Origin: Felis catus
Lineage: Eukaryota
Reading direction: 5' to 3'
DNA length: 64,000 bases
NCBI RefSeq assembly: GCF_018350175.1
Contig: NC_058368.1
Location: forward strand, 17,052,001 to 17,116,000
Below, one piece after another: positions 52,570 to 64,000 of this stretch. Each line of letters begins with the position of its first letter. Position 1 is the stretch's first letter. Below the pieces are notes generated by a model. That model saw only the letters and a list, made by a program, of their open reading frames with translations. It searched no databases and was not told the DNA's origin. The translations under genes and the position numbers were made by a program.

Positions 52570-52949
52570 AATAGATAACATGCATAATACCCCTGGATGT
52601 CATGCTGAACAGAAGGAGAGAATAACTTATTATACTGTTCTCTTTCATATGACAGAATATAATGGGAAAGGAAGACTTTAATCCTGTTAGAATAACCTAA
52701 TTGGAGAAACTGTAACTTGAGATGTGGGCTTGCTTGGCCCGGAGGAAACTCCGTGCATAGTTGGGGCAGAGAAGATGACTCATGTGGTTAGAAAACTGGA
52801 TGTATACAGGCATAGAAAAATAAGTGAATATAGTGAGAACTTTGGGCGCCAAATTTCTCACTGGTGGAGAAAACATAAATATAGAAATGGGGAAGGTGAG
52901 AATAAATCCCGAAGTGTTGGATTGAAATTGTAAACTCATGGCTCTCATA

Positions 52950-52980
<31 letters not shown>

Positions 52981-53140
52981 ATACATATACACAAATGGAT
53001 GGGTATAGAAAGAGATGTAGCTCTAAGTGGCCATATACTTATGGGTGTGTATATATATTCCTCGGTCTGCCCACTGAGAGGCCCAGTAGCAATGAGCCTA
53101 CCTAGCATGCTGATCTTGGTTTCTAAATACTATTCTCCAG

Positions 53141-53305
53141 GGGTGCCAGGGTGGCTCAGTCAGTTAAGTGTCTGACTTCAGCTCAGGTCATGATCGCACA
53201 GTTTGTGAGTTCAAGCCCCGCGTCGGGCTCTGTGCTGACAGCTCAGAGCCTGGAGCCTGCTTCGGATTCTGTGTTTCCCTTGCTCTCTGCCCCTCCCCTA
53301 CTCCC
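53141..53305 (+). mobile_element. CAN-SINE lacking tail
   Basis: Head and body present, no poly-A. Confidence 0.9.
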
Positions 53306-53419
53306 TGTTACTCACCCTCACCTACTTATTGTTAGGTGATTAAATTTTTCCAGCCTCATGAGGAAGAATTGAAGCGATAATCAATTTAATTTATTTCCTT
53401 TTTGTTTGTTTTGTCTTGC

Positions 53420-53498
53420 TTTTATTTATTTTTTTAATGTTTAATCATGCCCTGAGCCGAAGTCAGACACTCAACCGACTGAGCCACCCGGGCGCCCC
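53420..53498 (-). mobile_element. Internally deleted CAN-SINE
   Basis: Tail ttttttaatgttta joined directly to atcatgccctgagccgaagtc...ggcgcccc. Confidence 0.85.
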
Positions 53499-53820
53499 AA
53501 CAGTTTTAGATTTACAAAAAAATTTGAGCAGAGTGCTGGGTCCTCTTTATACTCCTACCCCAGACACAGTTTCTCCTATTATTAATACCTTGCATGATTG
53601 TGGAACAGCTGTTACAATTAATGAGACTTTTCTCTTTTTTATTAAAGTATAACTAACGTACCATGTTAGTTCCAGTTACTCCCAGCTGTAATCGAGTAAC
53701 TTTTGATACATTATTATTAACCAAAGCTCGTAGTTTCCATTTAGATTTACTTCGGTGTTGCATATAGTTCTATGGGTTTCGACAAATGGATAGTGTCATG
53801 TATCTACCATTAGTGTGCCG

Positions 53821-53889
53821 TACAGAATAATTTCACTTACAGAACAATTTCACTTTCAGAACAATTTCACTTACAGAACAATTTCACTT
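53821..53889. repeat. Four tandem copies of 17-bp unit acagaacaatttcactt
   Basis: Direct reading. Confidence 0.92.
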
Positions 53890-54584
53890 CCCCCTGCGCT
53901 TCATGTATCCACCTCCCCCACCACCCCCTATTCCCCAGATCGTTGGCAACTCTGGCACTTTTTCTTGTCTCCGTTGTTTTCTTTTTTTCCAGAACGTCAC
54001 AGTTGGCATCACATCATAATCAGACTTTCCCTTACCAATGCGCTCGTTGATTCTTCTGTTTCTTTTCACGGCTGGCTAGCTCATTTCGTTCTGTCACTGA
54101 ATGCTACTGCATATTACCACAATTTGTTTACACATTCACATCCTGGAGGACTTCTCAGTGGCTGCCAGTTATTGGCGATTATGAATAAAGCTGCTGTAAA
54201 CATATGGGTGCGGGTTTTGGGTCAGACATAAGTTTTCAACTCAGTTGGGTAAATAAGAATATGATTGCTAGTTAGTACGGTGGGACTGTTCAGCTTTGTG
54301 AGGAACTGCCAAACTGTCTTCCAAAGGACCATTTTGCATCCCCACCAGTAATGAATGAGAGTTGCTACTGCTCCACATTCTCCACAGCATTTGGTATAGA
54401 CAGTTTTTTGTTTTTTTTTTTTGGATTTTAGCCATTTTAACTGGCATGTAGTGGTACCTCGTTGTTGTTTTAATTTGCAGTTCTATAACAACAGTGATAT
54501 TGAGCATGTTTTCACATGCTTATTTGCCATCTTCATATTTTCTTGATGAATTATCTGTTCAAATAAGATAGCCCATTTTAACCC

Positions 54585-54858
54585 ATTTTTATTTATTTAT
54601 TTAAGTTATGTGATTTTTATTTTTTTATTTTTTTTCAATGTATGAAGTTTATTGTCAAATTGGTTTCCATACAACACCCAGTGCTCATCCCAAAAGGTGC
54701 CCTCCTCAATACCCATCACCCACCCTCCCCTCCCTCCCACCCCCATCAACCCTCAGTTTGTTCTCAGTTTTTAAGAGTCTCTTATGCTTTGGCTCTCTTC
54801 CACTCTAACCTCTTTTTTTTTTCCTTCCCCTCCCCCATGGGTTACTGTTAAGTTTCTC
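54585..54858 (-). mobile_element. 5'-truncated young feline L1 3' end nested in old L1
   Basis: Same family as 7647-7803 (gtcaaattggtttccatacaacacccagtgctcatccc). Confidence 0.9.
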
Positions 54859-55022
54859 ATTTTTAATTGGGAATTTTTATTATTGAGTTTTAGGAGTTTT
54901 TTGTATATTTTGAAAATATATATGTTTTACAAATATTTTCTCTCAGTCTCTGGCTTGTCTTTTCATTCTCTGAACTATGTCTTTCACAGAGCAGAAATTT
55001 TTAATTTAAAAACTCCAAGTTA

Positions 55023-55235
55023 GGGGTGCCTGGGTGGCTCAGTCAGTCAAACGTCTGACTTCAGCTCAGGTCATGATCTCACTGTTCATGGGTTTGAGTC
55101 CTGCGTCGGGCTCTGCGCTGACAGCTCAGAACCTGGAGCCTGCTTCAGATTCTGTGTCTCCCTCACTCTCCGTCTCTTTCTGTCTCTCAAAAATGAATAA
55201 ACATTAAAATTTTTTTTAAATAAAAATAAAAAAAT
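55023..55235 (+). mobile_element. CAN-SINE nested in old L1
   Basis: Perfect TSD aaaaactccaagtta (55008-55022, 55236-55250). Confidence 0.95.
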
Positions 55236-56161
55236 AAAAACTCCAAGTTATTAGTTTTTCTTTTAAGGATTATCCTTTTGTTGTTGTATATAAAAACTCA
55301 TCATAAAACCAAAGTTATCTGGATTTTATCCTCCTTTATCTTCCGGAAGTTTTATATCTTACAATTAGATCTGTAAGCCATTTTGAGTTAGTATTTGTGA
55401 AAGATGTAAGATCTCTACCTACACTATTTTTTTTTTTTTGCATGTAGATGTCCAATTGATCCAGAATCACTTGTTGAAAAGACAATCCATTCTCTATTGA
55501 ATAGTTTCTGCTCCTTTGTCAAAGATCAGTTGACTATATTTGTGTTATTCCATTTCTGGGATCTATATTCTGTTGTATAATCTATGCTTCTGTTCTCTAG
55601 TCAATACCATACTATGTTAATTACTATCACTTTATAGTAAATATTGAAGTCAGGTAATATCAGTCCTTCAATTCTGTTCTCCTTCAGTATTGCATTATCT
55701 AGTCTAAATCTTATCCTTTTCGATACGAACTTTGAAATTGTTTTGTTAATTATCCACAAAATAACTTGGTGGGATTTGATTACATTGAGTCTATAGTTCA
55801 AATTGGAAAAATTGACATCTTAACAATATCAAATCTTCCTAGTCATGAACATGGAACATCTCTCCATTTATTTATATCTTGGTTGATTACGATCATCAGA
55901 CTTTTATAGTTTCCTTCATTGCTTCTTACACATATGTTGTTATAATTAAACATAAGAATTTCATTATTTTGGGGTTAATACATTGTGATTTTAATTTCAA
56001 ATATTCATTGCTGGTACACAGAAAAGCTATTGACTTTTGCATATTAAATTATAATTGTTCATTCCTTTCAGGAGTTTTTTGTTGTTGTTAATTACTTGGA
56101 ATAGACAATTCTGTTATCTTCAAATAAATACAATACTATTTTGTCCTTCCCAATATGTATA

Positions 56162-56215
56162 CTTTTCTTTTCTTTTCTTTTCTTTTCTTTTCTTTTCTTT
56201 TCTTTTCTTTTCTTT
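56162..56215. repeat. (CTTTT)n microsatellite
   Basis: Direct reading. Confidence 0.95.
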
Positions 56216-57005
56216 CTTATTGCATAACCAGAACTTCCAGGATGATGTTGAATAGAAGTTGTGAGGGTATGTCCTTGCTTTCTTCCCAATTTGGGGGGTA
56301 AAACATCCATTTATAACCATTAAGTGTGATGCTAGCTGTAGATTTTTAGAGATGTCCTTTATCAAGTTGAGGAAGTTTTCTTCTATTCCTAGTTTGCTGA
56401 GTTTTAATAATGAATAGGGTTGGGTTTTGTCAAATGCTTTTCTACATCAATTGACATGATTTTTCTTCTGTTAATGTGTGACTAGATCAGTGACAGTAAC
56501 TGATTTCGAATGTTGAAACAGCTTTAAATATCTCATATAAATTCCACTTGGTTGTGGTGTATATTTCTTTTTATACAACGTTGGAGTCTATATGCTAACA
56601 TTTTGTTGAGGCTTTTTACATGTATGATCATGGTAAATATTGCCCTTAGAGACTGGACCCCCGGAGCATTTCATTCTCACACTGGACCCCCAGGAGCATT
56701 TCATTCTCAAACTGCCTGCAGCAGTTCATCAAAATTCCTTTGAAGTTTTCCTACTCGTTATTGGCTCCAGTAGCTTCTTCTATTCCTATGACCTGATCTT
56801 GGCAATGATTCTTTTTCTTCACCTACCTCTCTAGATTTCATGGTGGCTGTAGATCCCGTGACTTCAAATTTTCAGTGGATGTAAGACGAGTTGTTGATTC
56901 TCAATTTGTTCAACTTTTTTCTTGTCACAAGGACCAGAGTGACAACTTCCAAAACCTTTACTTGACAGAACTTCCCATTTACTTTTTAATAAATACAAAA
57001 CATGA

Positions 57006-57226
57006 GGGGTGCCTGGGTGGCCCAGTTGGTTAAGCGTCTGACTCTTGATCTTGGCTAGGTCATGGTCCCATGGTTCATGAGTTCGAGCACCCCACTGGGC
57101 TCTCTGCTGTCAATGCAGAGCCCATTTCTGATCCTCTGTCCCCCCCCCTCTCTCTGCACCTCTCCTGCTCGTGCTTTCTCCCACTCTCTCAAAAATAAAA
57201 TAAACATTTAAAAAACTATAAAAAAT
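57006..57226 (+). mobile_element. CAN-SINE
   Basis: Flanks aa(a/g)tacaaaaca. Confidence 0.92.
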
Positions 57227-58830
57227 AAGTACAAAACACTGATATATTAACTTTTAATGAGCAATCTTGGTAAAGACCCTCTTAACTGAATTATAAAATT
57301 CAATATCTCCAGCTGTGAGAAAGATGGACATCACATGCCCGCTGATAATACGCACTGAGAAGAACACAGAATCACTTTTGTACTATTCAGTCAAAATGCA
57401 TAACCCCAATCTAAATATGAGAAAACAAAAGATAAATCCAAATTGAGATCATTCTACAAAGCAACTTAACCTACATTTTTCAAAACTGTCACTGTCATCA
57501 AAGGCAAGGCAAATTTGAAACTTTCTTTCAGTTTGAAAGAGACTGAAGAGACTTGACAACTAAGTACCATGTGTGAAACTACACTGAATCCCAGAAAGAA
57601 ATGGGTGATATGAAGACACTGAGGCAGCTGGAGACATTTGAATGGGGTCCATGGATTGTATTATAGCACTGAATTAACGTTTATTTCCTAATTTTGATGG
57701 CCATGTGTAGAGCAGTGTCCCTGTTTTTAGGAGATACACCCTTATGTATGAAGGGATATTAGGGCATAATGTCAGAAACTTACCTTCATATGGCTCAAAA
57801 ATATAATTGTGATAATATTTACATATAGAGAAGATAACACAAAATAAACAATAACTGGAAAATCGGGTAAGGAGTATACAAGAAGACATGATGTATAGCG
57901 AGGACTTGGACAAAGTTAACTATGTTCAGAATACATACAACATAAATACTTGTTATATAATTAAAAATAATACATAATTTCAAAGCTTCTGGTGGTTCTG
58001 TATCCCACTGAGAGCATACATCTGGGACACAAGGCACTTTTATTTAATAATAAACAAAAAAATGCACAACTTAATAGGTTTTCTTGCAAGTCTAGGTTCT
58101 GCATATAATATAAAAAGTCATTTCTGTTATGGATAGGGAAATATTTAGAGAGTTTATTGCCTTGAGGAATATGTTTATTTTATATGAATTTTCTAAAAAT
58201 GTCTCTGAGCTTCTGTGTGTAGAATGTGTAGAAGTCCTAGGCACCCCCGTGTATACTTGCTCAAGAGTTCTCCTAGGTAGACCAGAAGACTGCAAGGAGA
58301 GTGTCAAGGTGGAGAAACTTGATGGAGAAACCTAAAATAAGCCTGGACTTGGAATATCAATACTTACATAGCACTATTCTATTGGACTTAAAGGGTCAAG
58401 CACACCATCAAATGTCCTGCTAGACTTTAGAAACACACACCTGCCATTCTCTTACACTGTCTTCCCCAATCCAGTGATGACTCTATGAGGGAAGTGGTGA
58501 TTAAGCAAATAACAAATAAATATTGATTCACTTCTTAGAGAGCTTGAAAGGTTAATTGAGTCAAACTCAAAACTAGCAGATTCCAGTATAAATGAACATA
58601 TCCAAAGCAAGTCTTGAGGTTACTTAGGAGAGTAGAAACTGGGAAGCATTTCTGATCTATTATGGCACATGAAAGAATTCAATGACACAAAAAAGTTGTC
58701 CAACGTGCTCAAAAATAGAATAGAGTAGTATCTCTGCTTAAATGTATATTCAGTATATATTGCATGGAATTATACTGTGTCTGTTGCCTACTAAATGCTC
58801 AGTACCTAAGCATTTAAATCTTCTCTCAGT

Positions 58831-59559
58831 AGAATTGCTAAAATTAACAACTCAGGCAACAATAGATGTTGGCAAGGATGTGGAGAAAGGGAAACAATTT
58901 TTCACTGTTGGTGGGAATGCAAACTGGTGCAACCACTCTGGAAAATAGCATGAAGTTTCCTTAAAAAATTAAAAATAGAACTACCCTGTGACCCAGCAAT
59001 TGTACTACTAGGTATTTATCCAGATGGCACAAAAATGCTGATTCAAAGGGACACATGTACCCCAATGTTTATAGCAGCACTATCGATAATAGCCAAAGTA
59101 TGGAAAGAGCCCAAATATCCATTGACTGACTGATAAAGAAGATGTCGTGTATATATACAATGGAATATTACTCGACGATCAAAAAGAATGAAATCTTACC
59201 ATTTGCAACAATGTGGATGGAACTAATGTTATGCTAAACAAAATAAGTCAGTCAGAGAAAGATAAATATCATATGATTTCACTCATATGTGGAATTTAAG
59301 AATCGAAACAGATGAACATAGGGGAAAGAAACAAAAATAAGATAAAAATGGAGAGGGGGATAAACCATAAGAGACTCCTAATACAGAGAATAAACTGAGG
59401 GTTGCTAGTGGGGTGTTGGATGGGGAGGATGGGCTAAGTGGGCAAGGGGCATTAAGGAAGGTACTTGCTGGGATGAGCCCTGGGTTATTTATAAGTGAAA
59501 AATCACTGAATCCAATTCCTGAAATCATATAACACTATGTGTTAACTAACTCGGATTTA

Positions 59560-59602
<43 letters not shown>

Positions 59603-59603
59603 A
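58831..59603 (+). mobile_element. 5'-truncated carnivore L1 (ORF2 end plus 3' UTR, (TAAA)n tail)
   Basis: Clearly homologous to 36225-36910 of the long L1 (aacaactcaggcaaca...gatgttggc; ggaaagagccc). Confidence 0.93.
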
Positions 59604-60785
59604 TATGTTCTTTCAGTATAGCTTGATTTAGAATCTTTTTTTGTTTTTTTGCCTTATATATTCAAATAGATCTTTTATTTGTTTCAGCTCACTTTCACAT
59701 AATGTAATATTTCATAATATATTTCTGTTTTCATTTTTCTCTCAGACTTAGTTTCTGATGAAGCAGTTTTGGGGGACACATTGTTGAATTATTCACTCTC
59801 CCCAGTTTTACTGAATGTTTGGATATTCCTATAGCTGTTCCATCTCATGTGAAGAATATAATGTACCATATAATTGAAATGTATTACATTCAATGAGATG
59901 TGGCAAGCACCTGATTTCCTTCTGCTTTGCTGCATAGACTCTCTCAAACAGAACTCCACATCAAGATTGAGAGCATTTTGTCGCAGAAAGCTGTGAACCT
60001 CTACTGAAAGAACTAGATAAAACATCTCTTACACCTGAATCTTATGGCAAGCCAATGTGCAAAATACTTTCTGGCTGAATATGTTTACTTGAATGAAATG
60101 TGTGAATTTCATTCATTTTTGGCTGCCTTTAGAAAAAGAAAGAGGAGGGGGTGCTAGGTGGCGTTGCCAGAAGATGCCATCCCAAACTTCAATGAAACCA
60201 TATGAAATAAAAACATCTCCTAGAAGCTGTAATAAACTTCCCTAGAAATCCACAGAGAGGTGGAGATCTTTTAGAATGAAAAGACAAAAGTAAAATTCGA
60301 AACCCTTTAAATACATTGAAAGTTAAAGTATGATTGTTTCTCGATGAAAAATCCAGTTACAATGCTACAAGATTTCATAAGGTTTACCAAAGTTCATCTT
60401 CCTGTAGAGTCTGTCAATTGACTGGGATCAATACTATTTCTTAAGGTAAATTTGCAAATATGTTTAAAGATGAATATGCTGAAATATTCACTCTCATCTG
60501 ATCTTAGAAGTTAAGCAGAGTAGGCTACATGATCTCCTAGAAATATGGTGTATAAAAAATTGGGGTTGTTGGGAAAGACCGTGAGAGCAAGGGGAGATTT
60601 TTCCCCCATCCTCAAGATGGAAGACACAAGGGCATGTTTGTCCGGTGCAACAGTGAAGAGGCAGCCTGGGTCTGCTTGGCGTGGGTTTTCCTGCCCTTCG
60701 AGTGCCATGACAACCTCAGGGTTATACTCACTCAGGCAGCACATGATAAGAAATTTGCTGAGTTTTTTGTTTTGTTATTACTTTT

Positions 60786-60822
60786 GTATTTTATTTTATT
60801 TTATTTTATTTTATTTTATTTT
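60786..60822. repeat. (TATTT)n microsatellite
   Basis: Direct reading. Confidence 0.9.
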
Positions 60823-61939
60823 AGAAATATTTAAATGTAGGGAAGCAGGGAATGAACATAGGAGGTGGATCTGATACCCATAAAGTCAGAAAATCCACCA
60901 GCCCAGAAGGCAACTGTTTATTAAGCAATATGGCGGGAGCGGCACCAGCACTGTAGAAAAGCTCTCGGTGGCGATTTTCTCCTCTAGGCCTGGGCTGATG
61001 ATAGGAAACGCCATTATAGATCTGGGCTTTCTGATACAGAGGTGCTAAGATCCCACAATAACAGAAGCCTCATTAAGCATATCCACTCTGGCCTTCCCAC
61101 CTCTCTGGGCCTTTTGGTTCCTTCATCCACCATCTAGTATGGCAGTTCTAACATTTCTGCTTTACTTAGTGTGAGCTTTCATTTTCCAAGCTTTTGAGAT
61201 CCACCCAAGCAGATTACCATCCTCCACGAACCTTTACAGATATTATATCCTACATTAGAGGATATATCCTACATTATATCCTACATTACATTTCATGCCA
61301 ATGAACTCTCACTTACCACACTATATATTTCTGTCCCCCTTGTTCTGGCACACATGGGATCAAGTCCCGCACGTACAGTTCTGTTCATGTTCTTGGACCC
61401 TGTTACGTCTTCTACATGTGGTTCCTTTTCCCCTTTAGCCAGGCCCATACTCTGTTTGGCTGGATATTGTAGTTACGTGACCCCGGTCATTGGTCTGGTC
61501 ATCAAGAGGGGAGGTAGGAGAAGATCCTAAGGGGAGCACATGTTGTTTTGCAAGGCAGAGTATTCTGTATCATCTTCAAGTTGGGCTTGGGTTGGGGGCA
61601 GTAAAGGGGTCTTCTGAAGGACCAGAGAGGTAGGGGTGATCTAAACTGCAAGGCTTTCAAGTGAGTCAATCCAAATGTCACATCTTGAGTCTGACAGCCC
61701 ACTGCTCCCCATCTCAGCTCTAATCTTGGCAGAGAACATTGTTTAGGTTGAGAATCCAAATTTCTCTTTAGTTCAACTAGCCTTGCAAGTAAGCACTGGG
61801 CCTGATGCCAAGGTTTTACTACAGGAGATATCAATCTCTTTATACACTGCCAAGGGGTCTTTGACTTTCACACTTTGCCTTAAATTGGTGATTAGTCACC
61901 CTCAAGCTGCACAGTAAGAACCATCTCATTGTACTGTTC

Positions 61940-62147
61940 TTTCTTTTTTCTTTTTTTTTTTGAGAGAGAGAGAAAAATGTGTGAGTAAGGGAGGGGCAGA
62001 GGGAGAGGGAGAGAGAAAAGCAGTCTCCACCCCCAGCACAGAGCCCAATGCCAGGCTCCACTCCCAGTCTCCACAGGACTGGAAGATCATGACATGAGCA
62101 GAAATCAAGAGTTGGATGTTTAACCTACTAAGCCACCCAGGCGCCCC
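61940..62147 (-). mobile_element. CAN-SINE (older, diverged)
   Basis: gatcatgacatgagcagaaatcaagagttgg...gccacccaggcgcccc. Confidence 0.88.
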
Positions 62148-62235
62148 ATATTGTTCTTATACTTACTGATTTCCAGCAACTTTTCCAACACCTGAACTAT
62201 TACACCAGTGAATATATTTTCTTCTACTGGTAACT

Positions 62236-62497
62236 CAGAGGTTTTTCGTCTTCAAGGCTATTGACATTTTGGACAGGATAACTCTTCATTGTGTGGAGTC
62301 ATGGGATGGGGGCTGGGGGCAGCTGTCCTGTGCATTGTAGGATATTTAGTAGCATCCACCAGATAATAAAAGCACTGCTCCTTTGCCCCCCCCCCCCCAC
62401 CCCCAGTCATGGCTATCAAAACTATCTTCCCATTTTGCCAGATGTCCCGGGGAGAAGATGGATCACACCTCGGGGGTCACACCATTGAGAACCACTG
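62236..62497 (+). mobile_element. MER20 hAT-Charlie DNA transposon
   Basis: ctattgacattttggacaggataa; ctgtcctgtgcattgtaggatatttagtagcatcc; ends ttgagaaccactg. Confidence 0.85.
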
Positions 62498-62659
62498 CAT
62501 TAGCTTACCCTGGCTTACCACTGGAAACTTTTAGCTACCGCCTTGCTGTGGCACAAGGGTCTTATTACACACTCCACCTGTTACCAGTGATGATATTGGG
62601 GTGCTATCAGGTTAGTGGCTATTCAGTTCCAAATTCCCATTTTAGATTCTTCTTTTGTG

Positions 62660-63060
62660 GTGTCCTCCTGGCACAAAGGTCAGGATCCCAAGGGGCCAGG
62701 TCCTGAGATGAACATTTGTGTACAAAAGCTTTCTCAGGAATGCTCAGAGGAACAGCATCTGTGAAGGAGTGAAGAAAGCAGGAGAGGGCAGAGGGAAAAG
62801 TTGAACTAGTATGCAGTTGAGATGAAGGTTTCAGTTGAGGTGAAGGTGCTCTCTTCCCACAGAGAGCACCTGTAATAGGATGGCCCTTTAAAGATGCCCC
62901 ACACTAAGACAACTTTGTACAATATTTCTAAATCAACCACCACTGAATGCAGGCTGCCACTCCACCTTCTTTTGACAAGGGGGATTCTGGGGAAGTTCTC
63001 AGCTATAAGCACAACAGCAGCCCGCACTCCTGACACCTGGGGAAATGAGTGTTTCAATAA
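62660..63060 (-). mobile_element. Old ERVL LTR (LTR33-like)
   Basis: gaagaaagcaggagagggcagagggaaaagttgaac...gatggccctt...tggggaaatgagtg. Confidence 0.55.
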
Positions 63061-63706
63061 GGCAATGCATCAAGACACCTCCTACAGGCATTAAAAGAGA
63101 CAACCTTGCAAATAATTTCTCCTAAAGGTAGTTGGCAAAAGAATTTAATTCTTGCCTTTCGAAAGAACCTGGAGAGACCATGGCATCTTGTGACCACATA
63201 GTCACTTGGTTAACAAATGTGTATCGAGTGCAACACACTATTCTGGATGCCAGATGGTGTACTTATCCTTGATAAATAACTTAATAAAGAATTAACTCTA
63301 CGAGGATAAGTAAAAGTAAGATGCCATATTGTGAAATTCAATTGGTAACATTGCTTATTTTTTAAACATGTTATCAATGAAAAGATGCAAGTTTAGCATA
63401 ATACAAACCAATGCTCCTCAAAGGTTTACAGTGGTTGTCCCAACAGTCCTTGGCCTTGCTACTTACAGCCCCTATGTGAACAGGACAATATCCCCAGCAC
63501 ATTTAGTTGACTACGCTGCTTATGGAAAAATCAAGCCTCAGTATTAATCCTATTAATTAAAACTGAAGCAGTCTTCTCAGTCAGTCTGAGTTGTTTTTGT
63601 GTAACTTACTTGATTTAATTTTATGATGGTCAGTGAAGGGGGTTAGAATTAAGGGTCTTCAGGGAAGTGGTGTTGGTAGTTTTTCTTAAAATAATTCCCA
63701 CTGATT

Positions 63707-63923
63707 GGGGTGCCTGGGTGGCTCAGTCGGTTAAGTGTCTAGCTTCGGTTCAGGTCATGATCTCACAGTCCGTGAGTTCGAGCCCCGCGTTGGGTTCTGT
63801 GATGATAGTTCTCAGAGCCTGGAGCCTGCTTCAGATTCTGTGTCTCCCTCTCTCTCCCTGCACCTGCTCGCACTCTGTCTCTCTCTCTCTCTCTCAAAAA
63901 TAACCATTAAAAAATTTTTGTTT
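63707..63923 (+). mobile_element. CAN-SINE
   Basis: Flanking repeat aaataattcccactga on both sides. Confidence 0.95.
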
Positions 63924-64000
63924 AAATAATTCCCACTGACGAGTTTTGATAGTATCTTTAAATTCTATCTCAAAGAAATTGAATCATCTGTTAGGAATGG

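Larger units (their letters stand above)
53499..56975 (-). mobile_element. Old L1 (L1MD-like): 3' UTR plus ORF2 3' half joined to 5' tip
   Basis: cagttttagatttacaaaaaatttgagc 3' end; antisense ORF2 to ~56645; then 5'-end sequence resembling 13130-13430. Confidence 0.8.
52600..57980 (+). mobile_element. Old L1 3' region (L1MC-like), split by a nested antisense L1 and SINEs
   Basis: ccaaatttctcactgg...ggcccagtagcaatgagc...ctaaatactattctcca (52850-53140) resumes as gcataaccccaatctaaatatgagaaaac...attctacaaa (57250-57980). Confidence 0.65.

Noticed and set aside
53821..53889. 17-bp repeats as a CRISPR-like array
   Set aside because: Head-to-tail with no spacers, inside a mammalian L1.
360..63929. 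Recurrent ~60-70 aa ORFs of the type MAQSVKRPTSAQVMISRFVSSSP...SLEPASDSVSPSLS
   Set aside because: All coincide with CAN-SINE bodies; they are translations of the SINE consensus, not a gene family.

Overview
Mammalian genomic DNA, almost certainly from a cat-family (Felidae) genome: it carries about 30 tRNA-derived CAN-SINEs of the feline type and carnivore-type LINE-1s. The window looks intergenic or intronic and is dominated by interspersed repeats: SINEs, old and young L1, L2, MIR, MaLR/ERVL LTRs and hAT DNA transposons (MER45-type, MER20). I recognise no host protein-coding gene, RNA gene or CRISPR array; most ORFs in the supplied track are SINE/L1 artefacts. The only long coding sequence is the disrupted ORF2 (endonuclease plus reverse transcriptase) of a TSD-flanked 6.4 kb L1 at 30549-36942. 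That L1 keeps its whole 5' end but only the last ~75 codons of ORF1. Other items worth checking: two old minus-strand L1s that break at the same ORF2 position, a hAT element with an 8-bp TSD and transposase remnant, repeated SINE-in-SINE-tail nesting, a CTCF+RFX motif cluster, and a speculative minus-strand spliced transcript of very small exons. Repeat family names are assigned from memory of consensus sequences, not from a database search. Boundaries of old repeats are approximate.
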